DNA of 63,673 bases, counting the filler, from Octopus bimaculoides (taxonomy: Eukaryota): the NCBI RefSeq assembly GCF_001194135.2. It is 4 parts of 4 records of this genome, joined end to end, with 100 filler letters (N's around TTAATTAATTAA, not from the genome) between each part and the next. Parts side by side here need not be neighbours in the genome. Positions count along the whole stretch, not along the records: positions 24,544 to 54,066 come from NC_069009.1; positions 54,167 to 62,210 come from NC_068985.1; positions 62,311 to 63,673 come from NW_026334559.1; 1 more part is not named here. One strand, 5' to 3'. Shown one piece after another: positions 52,777-63,673 of this stretch; positions within the stretch are counted from its first letter, which is position 1, and every line of letters starts with the position of its first letter. Position numbers and translations under genes: made by a program. The notes under the pieces are model-generated. The model was not told the DNA's origin and ran no database searches. It saw only the letters and a program-made list of their open reading frames with translations.

Positions 52777-53732
52777 CGTCCCCTTTTCTATGCCTGCATG
52801 AATCCAACAGAACTTTTGCTGGGGCAGTAGATTTTTTTCCTTCAGCTGGGTGCTTTTTCTGTTGCATACCTTCCAAGTAAGGTAATGTTTCCCCATGACC
52901 AGACATGTTTCCGCAAAGATTGGAAATGAAGAACATCATTTGCATGTCAGTGACATTCATATACAACTATCATGTATTATGGGTATATATGTGGGTGTGT
53001 ATGTATGTATATATATATATATATACAAGTAAATTTTATCTTAATAATTACGATGTGCAGTCTTCTTCTATCTCTTCTCTGTCTATCTCTCTCCCTCTCT
53101 TGTTCTTCATCCTTTCTGTTTTTCTTTCCCACCCTTTCCCTATTCTTCTCTTCTCCTTTTCACCGTTCCCTCTCTCTCTCTCACTCTTCCTCCTTGACTC
53201 TCTCGTCGCTCACACGTGACGAAAGGGGATCTTTCTGTCCATTTCTTTCCTAAAGAAAAGACGTGCCTTTTGCCTGTCTCCTCTCATGGCTCATTCTCCT
53301 TGCATTCATAATAATTTTTCTATTGTCTTGGCTCAACAGCCCTCACCGTTTGTTTTTACTGTCTTGTTCTCACTGTCCTGTTCTTGGTAACACTTTCACC
53401 CGCCGCAATAAATCCCAAATTTTATTTAATTTGCTTTGCGGGAAGGACTGTTTCAACGAAGTCGCGTATTGTCCTTGCCTTCGAAACGCGGAGTAGATAG
53501 AACAGGGACAACTGACGAAGGAGTATACTCTTTATGTTCCATGACTCGTTTCTCTGTTTGTTTTTTTCGTTGTTCGAAAAAAAAGTTTTTCTATGTTTTC
53601 ATTTCTTATTATGTTTAACGTTTTTTTAATGTCCTGTACCCATATATCCATGTACATATACATATAGATGTAGGTATGTACATATTTGTACGTATATATG
53701 CATATATTTATATATTATTACATATATATATA

Positions 53733-54060
53733 TCTCTGATTCATACACTTATTACAGTGGTCTTTCAGATTTCCTAAGCCCTGTAAAAGAACTTTGAAGG
53801 TCAGGCCTCCAACCAGGCCTTTTGTGATACCCTTAAAGTCAGGAACTTTTCAGCACCCATCGTGTATCTATACACACAAACACACACAAGAGGGTGTGCT
53901 GAAAAGTTTCTGGCTCTGAATAAAAGAAAATACAGGAGGATCAGTTAATTATGATTTTATTCAACATATTTCTCTCTCAGATTCAAGCACTTATTGCCGT
54001 GGTCCTTCAGTTTTTCTAAGCCCTGCAAAAGAACTCGGAAGGTTGAGCCTCCAACCAGGT
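53733..54060. mobile_element. Two tandem Tc1/mariner-type MITE copies
   Basis: Inverted ends GAGGGTGTGCTGAAAAGTTTCTGGC (53889) and GTCAGGAACTTTTCAGCACCCATCG (~53838-53862); internal CACTTATT..CTAAGCCCTG.AAAAGAAC repeated. Confidence 0.7.
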
Positions 54061-54166
54061 TTGTTTNNNNNNNNNNNNNNNNNNNNNNNNNNNNNNNNNN
54101 NNNNNNNNNNTTAATTAATTAANNNNNNNNNNNNNNNNNNNNNNNNNNNNNNNNNNNNNNNNNNNN

Positions 54167-54228
<62 letters not shown>

Positions 54229-54345
54229 GACGAGTTTTATGCTCCGGTGATAATTCACATAACAGAAGAAAGCGCTAAAAGTGTAAATAAAAATATATAG
54301 AATCATCCAACATTCTGACTGCTTTATTATTCTCAATATATACAT

Positions 54346-54814
54346 CATGTGGAAAAATGAGAGCATGGAAAGTAATATTCTTAAGATTATAAACAAGTTA
54401 TTACACCTGTAAAAATATAGGGCAAACTAGTTCTTCAAGTAAAGTAAAGAATAAGAAACTTTTTTCTTAAAATATTGCAGCACAGAATGCTAGTTCTTCT
54501 TATTTATCACCCTTTACAGTTCTCATCTTTTAAATTTATTGTACAATAGTCTTCAGCTAATTTGTAAGTTTGTCTAATTAGTCACTTTTTCCGTATTTAA
54601 GGTAGTAAATTAGCCAAATTCTACTTAAATACGTATAGTGCTATTTGTAAACTATAATAAAATATTTTTTAATATTAAAATTTTAATTTTAGCTGCAATA
54701 TTTTAAGTAAAAACTTTCTTATTCGTTACTTTACTTGAAGTAATAGTTTGCCCTATACTTTTACAGGTATATGATCTTAAGAATATTACTTTTCATGTTC
54801 GCATTTTTCCATGT
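54346..54814. repeat. Foldback/MITE-like inverted repeat, arms 54346-54481 and 54692-54814, with inner inverted repeat
   Basis: GTAATATTCTTAAGAT..TAGGGCAAACTA..CTTCAAGTAAAGTAA versus reverse complement; inner CGTATTTAAG/CTTAAATACG. Confidence 0.85.
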
Positions 54815-55059
54815 AACCCATGATTTTTCCAAGCATTGCTGTTATAAGATAATTAACGTGTCAATTAATAATTTAGGATTATTTAGGATATTTATAGCGT
54901 GTCGAGCGACTAGATAGAGGGTCTTTCATTGTACAAACTTTATAGAAACACATAATATGCAACGAAGTATGCAGATATATATAAACGCAAATAAATTAAG
55001 TAATGTATGTGGAAACATCATTAAGAATAAAAGGTCAACTGACGCTGAAAGTAATTGAA

Positions 55060-57342
55060 CTCGGACACAAATATCTTATGGTAGACCAAATGAAAATAGC
55101 AACAATGTAGATGAAGTAGGTAACATATGTACAGAACCCAGTGTACGAGCAGTACACCCCAACGAGGAAGTTGAAGAAAGAATAGCGAAGAATAGATATG
55201 TAGACCTGCCCCAAGAATATCAGGATAGGTATGACACAGAATTTGAGATGAATAATAAAGAAATGATCATAAAAGTAAAACAAGATATGAGAGAACTCAG
55301 GAAGACTGGATTTACTAAAATGATGAATAGGGAACCGCTGCCAAAGCTTTTATGCAGCATGAAAGTAACAACATAATCATGATATAATGTTGCTCTTAGT
55401 TAGAATTTAAGAAATAATGGAAATGATGATCTAACAACCTTGAATAACCTCATCTATTCCACTGCTGAAGTTGTAACTGCTCAACCAGGTATCAGGACGG
55501 CACCAAAAAGGTCCAACCACGTCCACAGACGTCCTAAGTAGAAAGTAGCAATGCAAAGGAGATCAAATCTCTGCAGGCAGATATATCAGTTCTCCATGAA
55601 CGTGCTAGAAGAGTACATCTTTAGACGAAACAAGTTAGAAAAATCAAGCAAAAATATAAACTCCCTACAATCAAGATAATAGTAAAATAACGAATACAAC
55701 TGAAAGCCCAACGGCTCAGAAGATGTGGCAAAAGAATAAAATTTTATCGATAAAACAAGGCATTCAAGACAGATGTAAAATAATTATAGGGAAATTGAAG
55801 AAAAGCAAGATAATAGTAAAGGAGCCACCTAAGATTTAAAAAAAAATGCAAGAGTTCTGGAAGAAGATATGGAGCAACACTGAGAATATATTGCTGAACC
55901 TTACTGGATTGAACATGAGAAGTGAAGTTGAAGAGCAGAAATGGGAAGTAATAGGAGTAGAAGAGCACAGGTGTTTTCTTAGAAAGTCTCACAAATGGAA
56001 AATCCCAAGACTGGACTGGATCCTTATCTTCTGGCTGAATTGTTAGAAGAAATACACCAACATCTTGCTGCATCCCTAACTGATGTCATCCAGAAGCCAG
56101 AGCATATAACTGCCTGAATGACCTTCTACGAAAAACTGAAGACACAGAAAATCCAAAGACCTACCGTTCATGTCTTGAAATGTCTTAATACCACCCACGA
56201 GATCCTCACATCCACACTAACTGCATGAATATACACTTTACCTGAAGAGAACTCTATCCTTCCACAAGTTCCAAAAATGTAAAATGAATTCTTAGGGATG
56301 CAAATATAAATTACTCATAAATAGAATTATTGTAGAGAATTGTCGGAGCAAAAAAAAAAAAGAACCTGAGTATGGCATGGATAGACTACAGGAAAGCGTT
56401 TGATAGCGTCCTACATAATTGGCTACTCAAAGCCCTTGAGATAGATAAGATATATCGTCTCCAAATTCTTACAAGGTAGCATGGCCAAGTGGAAAATACA
56501 TCTCCTTCTACACCGTAGTAATGGGATAAGCCAATCTAACAACATCAACATCAAACGAGGCATCTTTCAAGGTGACTCCCTCTCACCATTACTCTTTTGC
56601 ATGACACTGATTGCACTCTCAAACGAACTGAGTAACACCAGGTATGGGTTCAATGTGTATGGTATTATATTAAACCATCTGTTTTATATGGACGATCTGA
56701 TGTGTTTGCGATGAATGCAGAAGAGCTAGCAAGGCTATTAGCAACTGTTAAAGAGTTCAGCAAAAACATCGAGTTGGATTTTGGCCTTGATAAAAGTGCT
56801 AAAGTAACATTTGTTACAGGCAAGCTCAAGCAAACGCTTCCCTTAAATTAGATACTGACACTACCATCAAGGAGCTTGACCCACAAGAAAGCTATAAATA
56901 TATGAAGATAAACGAAGGAGATGGTATACAACATGCTACAATGAAGGAAAAAATGGGAAAGGCGTATTACAGGAGAGTAAGGCTCATACTAAAAAGTGTA
57001 ATCAACTCTAAAATTTCATCGAAGTCATTAACACCCTGGCACTTCCGGTAGTCAAAAATAGTTTCAAGATCATTATCTGGACTATTAGAGAACTCCAAAG
57101 CCTGGACAGGAAGACAAGAAAACTACTAACATCTAAGAACATACAAACATTAATCGTCTGTACCTACCTAGAAAGTATGGGGAAGAGGAATGATGCAGGT
57201 AGAACTGTGCTATAGGATCTCCACAATAGTAATGAGCAAGTAGGTGATACCTTAATAAGAGGTGACACCTTAGTTCACTGGTAGTGAACAGCGGACACTG
57301 TAGTACATCTCCAGCGTTAGAAGTTGTGCAAAGGCATTGATA
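55060..57342 (+). mobile_element. R4/Dong-type LINE, decayed RT with internal deletion of the RLE region, tail type 2
   Basis: QEFWKKIWSN, NLSMAWIDYRKAFDSV, KRGIFQGDSLSPLLFC, NHLFYMDDL; tail TTAGTTCACTGG..TCTCCAGCGTTAGAAG then (AAT)n-like run. Confidence 0.9.
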
Positions 57343-60324
57343 ATAACAACAATAATAATAGTAATAAGGCCTAAAATTGTGGCGGTAGGGAACCAGCCAA
57401 TTACATCAACACCAGTGTGTCATTGGTACTTAATTTAACGACTTTGAAAGGATGAAACGCAAAGTAGACTTCGGTGGATTTTGAATTCAGAATGTAGCGA
57501 CAGATGTAATAATGCTAAGCAATTCGCCCGTCGTGCTAACGATTCAATTTAACCATAATATATTTTTTAGATTAAAACGAAAGCATCCGAGTTATCAAAA
57601 TGGAAAACGTAACAAAAAAATACGGAGAATGCAAAAGAATTCTGAATAGGAATTCGGTATTGACTGGTTGCATATTATGGAAATGCAGAACTGGACAGTG
57701 CAGTTAGGTCTGACATGCTCAGTGAAAAAGAATAAGTATGAATCTTTACGTATAGGAAAATTATCTAGCAATATGTAAATATAACCAAATTAGAAATAAC
57801 CATGACAAATGTTTGGATATAAGATGTAAAATCTTTATCCAGCAAAGTCGAAAATCACTTCAATTTATATGTAATACATGAATAATGCTGGTGCATGTAT
57901 GAGAGAACAACAACTTTGCTAACGAAACATCCCAAACAAGCGAAATTCATTCAGAATCAACGACAAATCACATGCCACATAGTAGTTACTAATATACTAT
58001 TTTCAACCCAAAGTATGTAATAATTTGATGTAGAAAACATATCTATCTGTTCAACAACAGGTTTACAGGTAATACTCAAAAGCACCAGTACACACAGATG
58101 ATTGAGACAATAATAACGAAGAATTACAACTGACGATAGGCTAATCTATGCATGACGTGAGACGACTTAAAAACCTTCTACAAATGGGGTCACTGTGCTT
58201 GGATTTTGGTAGTTTCTTTGGCATGTTTTTTTTTTTGGCATGTTTTAAAACATCATCTGTCTTCACAACACTACTGTGTCACACTGGTAAACAAAAGGCA
58301 TGATGACTATAAACATCACTGAGAAGTGTAGTTTTCTTGTTAGTTGTAAACCCAGTAATACTCAATGACTCTCATGGAAGTCAACATGTCCAAGAAAAGA
58401 ACGATGAAATGCACCTTCCCTAAAACATCTATTCTTCATGCAAGGCATAAAGATGTTCGTAAATTCTGAAAAGGAAAGAAAATAAATCATTGACAACACA
58501 CTAAATGGGTTTTGTGCGGAAATTGGAAGAGCGTTCCTTGTATAAAAATATATGGCTTTAGGCATGAAGAAACAGATGAGTGCTCAAATTTTAATATAAT
58601 AATCTCACACGAAGATCGTGATTATACGGATAGAAATTTGTAGATATATTACTAATGATGAATTTATGCGAAAGTGAATAAAGGTAAAAGTAAAAACAAT
58701 ATATTTCAAAAGATAACAGCTCTTATTAATGTTCAAACTTAATTCAAGGAAACTAATACATGAGTTCAATCGATGGGTAATCGTATTTAAATAGTGAATT
58801 GGACGAATTGGACGAATTGGACGAAAAGTGAAATATGAGTACTTGATGAAAGTAAAAGAAGGAAAACTATGCCAGGAGCAGTTGCTCCAAATTGAAATTC
58901 CGGTGCTGTACACATAGAAAGATTTATTAGAGAAGATGGAAGAGGAATTATTTGTATTTATGACTGTGGGAAAAATGGGTAGTAAATTCCTGCCATACCA
59001 AGAATTAAAAAGTAATTGATGCTATGAAATAGGAACTTATTTGTATTGAAGTTGAGAAGAAAAAATACTAGTTCAAAAATTTTCTCTAAGGGAAATACGA
59101 CAATGTGGGAAGTTCCAGAGAGGAACCAAACTAAGAGAAATCATGTCTCCACTTGGAACTGGGTTTGTATTGTAATTTAACTGAGAGATTAGTGATTGTC
59201 TATTAAAGATCATGCTCTAAACAATGATTATCTCAACGACAATCAGGTGAGCTTTCCACAGTAACAACTATAAAAGATCGCATTCAAAATCCAAAATGTT
59301 CCATTTATGTTCGCTCCACACATATGCGAATGAATATCAAACGGATTCTGATAGATTAAGCAAACTTGCAACGATAGGGTGGGAGAACGAAAAATATCCA
59401 GTAGGGAAAATAACAAAACAAACGATATTTCAAGAAAATGCGATGGAGTACATCTGCGAATAAGAAACTCTTAACAACGATGAAATAAAATTAGAGTTTT
59501 GAGAGGTGGAAACAACTTCCAACTTAAATGAAATCAAGTTCACTGCTTATGGATAACAAACTTATAATTCACAATACACAAAAAATTATACTAAGATATC
59601 AATGCAAGCAGTTCAGAATGATTATTTTACCTTCAGTCACAGAAACTAGAGATGGTGCGCCGAGAGCTGATTGTTCCTCTTATGAAATCCCCGCCATCAT
59701 ACCATGACTTGTAGCGCTTGCATCTCACACTCAGGGAATTGCTTTTGGTGTATTTACACCATTTATCTGCAACGAGAAGATTTCTCCACGTTAAAACACT
59801 CTGAATTGTTTCCTTACGGGTTCGAATATATTCGAAGCCTATTTGAGCTGATAGACTTGTATTTATATACATTACCGATTAGTGCTGCAACCCAATAAGA
59901 AATTATATCTAATCGAAGAACGTATCGAATAGGTAGTGTTCACATATTAACATAATAACAACAAACTATGTCAAATTTCAGACACGATGTATTATATGTC
60001 TTCACTCGGTATCCCGTGTTTGTGTCATATAACATAAAGATATATAGAATTTCCAGCTCTGAATGCTTCATGATAATCGGCAGTTGGTAACGTGATCAGG
60101 AATAAGTAGTGTAATCAATGCAAATGGAACTTTTAGGTTCTATATCTTGACTTGATGGTTGTGTATTTTTTTAATACGATGTTGTTATCTTCGTGGATTT
60201 GTTCAATAAATCTTAAGAGCATTGACGTGTATAGTATATAACATCTCCTAGATTTCGCATCATCTTATTTGAACTTCATTATCACATCTTGAATACGTTT
60301 TGCTGTATCATATTATTATTAATA

Positions 60325-61873
60325 TTATGTATTGTCTTTGCATAACTTCTAACACTGGAGATGTAGTACGGTGGCGGCTGTTCGCTACCAGTGAACTAAG
60401 GTAACTATTTTTCGAGCGGCATCCGGAGTATTCGAGCAGTTCCAAGCAGTGTTGTTTTCTGCAAATGCTTAAACCTTATTGCAGCTCCTATTTGTTCCAT
60501 GTACTTCTCAAGATTTTTACTCACTGTTCCCAAGGCTCCGAAAATTATTGGTACTACTACCTCCATTTCATCGACCACTACTGCTTAACCTACCAAGCTA
60601 GCCTGTCATATCTCTCAACTTTTTTTTCTTCTTTCTTCTACCTTGTTGTCATTTGGGCATGCTATATCTATGATCCAGCATCATTTGCTTTCTTTCTACA
60701 TTAACACTATGTCTGGTTTCTTATTTTTTACCTCACGGTCGCACTGAGTCATAAAATCACACAGGATCATTGCATTATCGTTGTCGATGATGCCTCCTAG
60801 TTTATGTTCGTACCACATTTTTGCTTTGTCAAGTCCATACTTGCTGCAAAGTGTCCAATGGACGAATCCTTTTTATGCTGTCATAACGCCTCTTATATTC
60901 TTTCTGGAATAGCAGCGTACTTTGACTGGTAATATGCCATACGTTTTCACCTTTTTGTCTTAAAATTCTGCACTTATCACTTTCTGATGTGTTGCCTGTT
61001 GTGTAGTGGTTCTTAATGCTTGTTGTTGGATAGCACAGATTAGAGCCTCTGTTTCCGGTTTTAAATCACTTTTACTCATCCATAGCCATCTTTTTTCTCT
61101 GTCTGTCTTATCTTCAACATCCCTATGAAATTGTCCGAGCATATTTTCTTTATCCACCTATTTTCAGTTTCATTCATTCTGAAGTGCTTTTACATTGCTT
61201 TATCTTTGCAATCTTCCATCCTACACAAGCCTGGCCTTCTTACTTGCAATAACAGTGCTTCTGTGGAATATTTTTACATACCATGCTATATTGTTTTCTT
61301 CTGCTCTAATGCTATGTTCATATCCAATAAGTCCTCTTCCCCCTCTTTTTCTTGGTACATACAGTCTGTCTGTGTCACTTTTTGGGTGGAGTATCCAATA
61401 GCTTGGCTGCAACGTCCTTGTCTTTCTGTCTAAGCTCTTTAATTCCTTCTCGCGTTTACCCATGCTCCATATCTAAGTAGTGAAACAGCCTAGGTGTTGA
61501 TAGCTTCAGTCTTATTCTGACCGTTTAATTTCGACTAAAGAATCAGTCTCAGTTTGCGCAAGTACTCCACCTTAAACCTTTCTGTCATTTCTTTCTCCAT
61601 CAATTTATCCATTTCGAATAACCCTAAGTATTTATAGCCTGCCTCTTCTGGCTGATTCTTAACCTCCTCCGACTTTATGGCTAGCTCGTCCATACATATG
61701 ATTTTGCCTCTCTTCAAGACTAACACACCACACTTTTTCAGTCCGAACTCCATTCTGATATCCGCACTGAATGTATACACCGTATCATCGAGGGATATCA
61801 CTTGGGATTCATCTTTACCAGAAAGTTTGAGGTCGCCCATGAATAGCAAGTGGTTGTTCATGAATGACCTCAA
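60325..61873 (-). mobile_element. R4/Dong-type LINE, 5'-truncated (RT end to 3' UTR), tail type 2
   Basis: NHLLFMGDLKL, FGLKKCGVL, YKYLG, HPKSDTDRLYVPRKRGGRGLIG, ETEALICAIQQQALRT. Confidence 0.9.
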
Positions 61874-61894
61874 ACATTATTATTATTATTATTG

Positions 61895-62210
61895 TTCAGT
61901 AGTTTTATTTTTATAACGTGCTTTCACTTCACTACCGAGCGCAGCTCTGTGCGCCTTGGGTATGTGCTGTGGTTTGCTGTGGTGCTCTTATCGATACTGT
62001 ATTGAAAGTGTTTTGCGTAGGATGTGTGCAGTGCCCAGTAGGGCAATTTTCTGTATGTTATATATATTTGTAAGTCCTGGTGTTTTTGTTATGTATTTGT
62101 CTGAATATTTTTTTATTATACCTAAGGCACCTACTATGATAGGAATTGTTTCTGTTTTTAGATTCCACATTCGAGTTACCTCTATTTCCAGGTCTTTGTA
62201 TTTTGAAAGT
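61895..62210 (-). mobile_element. R4/Dong-type LINE 3' end, tail type 1
   Basis: WNLKTETIPIIVGALGIIKK..IQKIALLGTAHILRKTLSIQ; preceded by (ATT)n at 61876-61894. Confidence 0.9.
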
Positions 62211-62310
62211 NNNNNNNNNNNNNNNNNNNNNNNNNNNNNNNNNNNNNNNNNNNNTTAATTAATTAANNNNNNNNNNNNNNNNNNNNNNNNNNNNNNNNNN
62301 NNNNNNNNNN

Positions 62311-62688
62311 GTGATAGAACCTAAATGTATGAAAAGAGCGGTGGTTGCAGTTGCTAAACGCTTCGTGATATCGATTAAGTAGAGTGGGAGAATTGTATTT
62401 TAAAATATGGAACGTCTCCGTTAGGCAAAGCTTGCAATTGGAGCGCTGGCCCTGGTATGGAGTTCCAGAATCTAAGATGGACCATTTTAAGGTGTATTGG
62501 GTATTTTTGTTTTTGAGGTGATGAATATGATTGGCTAATGTTGTAGATTTACTGTGTTTGTCGTATCTAAAAGAGTGCATATGTACTGCGTAGCGATGTT
62601 TAAAGTTTATAGTTGCACCTATGTATGTAACAGTAGAGTTATGTAATAGATTTCTCACAGTGCATTTATATATTACATTGTATCTCAC
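62311..62688 (-). mobile_element. GIY-YIG endonuclease of a Penelope-like element (Naiad-type)
   Basis: NVIYK...TYIG.T..FKHRY..H..SF...STTLANHI...KWSIL...CKLCLTE...LLN..E...CNH. Confidence 0.9.
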
Positions 62689-62744
62689 TGCAGAATCATG
62701 AAGACGCTAAAAGTGGACGACAGAACAGAACCGTACTGCCCCAC

Positions 62745-63673
62745 AGTAAAAACATTTTAGACGGAATAATACCAATCGTCAAGGAGAAACTACACGCAAA
62801 TCTATGGTACCACACCGGGGAGGTCATCACATGTTTCCACACCCTGGAGAACAAAAACTCCTTCTCGTTCCTCCAATTCGATATCAACAATTATTACTCA
62901 TCTATATCTCCTCAGCTTTTAAATAGGGCCATTCTTTTCGCCAGGAATCTTACTAACATTACACCTTTAGAAATTAACATTATAATCAACGCTCGCAAAA
63001 CTCTTATAGCTTTCGAGAACAAGCTCTGGTGCCGAGCTAATCAACATACTAATAGCTCTAACAAATTATTTGATGTAACCATGGGTTCTTCCGATTCAGC
63101 ACAGGCAACGGATTTAGCTGGATTGTACATACTCCACCAATTAAAATCACACTTCCCTAACATCCATGGTGGTCTATATAGGGATGACGCTTTACTTATT
63201 ACCAAGACTACTAACAAATCTTCCATTGAGAGGACAAAAAAGGATCTACACAAATTTTTCTCAGGTATGAATCTATCAATAACATTTGAAAACGCATACA
63301 AAACGGTTAACTTCTTGGACGTTTCTCTGAACCTATCTAACTCGCAACACTCCCCCTATCATAAACCCAACCAGTACCTTAAATACCTCAATATTCAATC
63401 TAATCATCACAGATCTAATTTCGATAACATAACCATAGGGATCTCTACCCGCTTATCTGATTTATCCTCTTCTGAAGAAATATTTAACAATCACGCTCCA
63501 TACTACAACCAAGCACTAGCGGCTAGTGGTTTCTCCCAACAAATAAAATACATCCATAACACCAGACTTAAACAATTTATATCACACATCGCACCCCAAA
63601 GACATAACATCAATCAAAACCAGAACCAACCACCCACATATCCAAGCAGACCCCACAATCACACCTATAACAC
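62745..63673 (+). mobile_element. Penelope-like reverse transcriptase (Naiad-type), frame open to window end
   Basis: Hand translation: SKNILD..NLWYHTGEVI..FLQFDINNYYSSI..LFDVTMGS..GLYRDD (63177-63188)..NFLDV; no stop, so absent from the ORF track. Confidence 0.9.

Noticed and set aside
53465-53535. CCTTC-GAAACGCG ... CTGACGA-AGGAG, permuted hammerhead-like cores
   Set aside because: Stem I does not pair and stem III is only 2 bp; possibly a decayed PLE end but not supportable as a ribozyme
57700-59600. Non-microsatellite sequence between R4 copies
   Set aside because: Could be decayed TE, but no protein motif or terminal structure could be identified by eye
59633-59872. Minus ORF with KR-YKSWYDGGDFIRG, superficially neuropeptide-like
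   Set aside because: No signal peptide, no repeats, Gly not followed by a basic site

Overview
AT-rich, microsatellite- and gap-rich animal DNA. It looks most like an octopus-type cephalopod draft assembly; this is inferred from the SINE/MITE families and the KRAB-less C2H2 cluster, not proven. (1) 1-24 kb: first coding exon of a class A neuropeptide GPCR (SIFamide/NPFF-receptor-like, minus strand, 15589-15925). Its intron holds stacks of R4/Dong-type LINE fragments sitting in (TAA)n microsatellites, and a ~390-bp-arm inverted repeat lies upstream. (2) 24.7-52.8 kb: six single-coding-exon, KRAB-less C2H2 zinc-finger paralogues, A(+) B(+) C(-, broken) D(+) E(-) F(+). Five share a splice acceptor, and their leaders, finger arrays and UTRs show shuffling, higher-order finger repeats, fossil fingers, uORFs and many piggyBac-type (TTAA) insertions. 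The region also contains a 5S-rRNA-headed SINE chimera, a Penelope inversion with a hammerhead ribozyme, and a long hairpin. (3) 53-63.7 kb: mariner MITEs, a nested foldback, more R4/Dong LINEs and an inverted Naiad-like Penelope element whose RT frame is open to the window end. Most short ORFs in the track are microsatellite or antisense noise.
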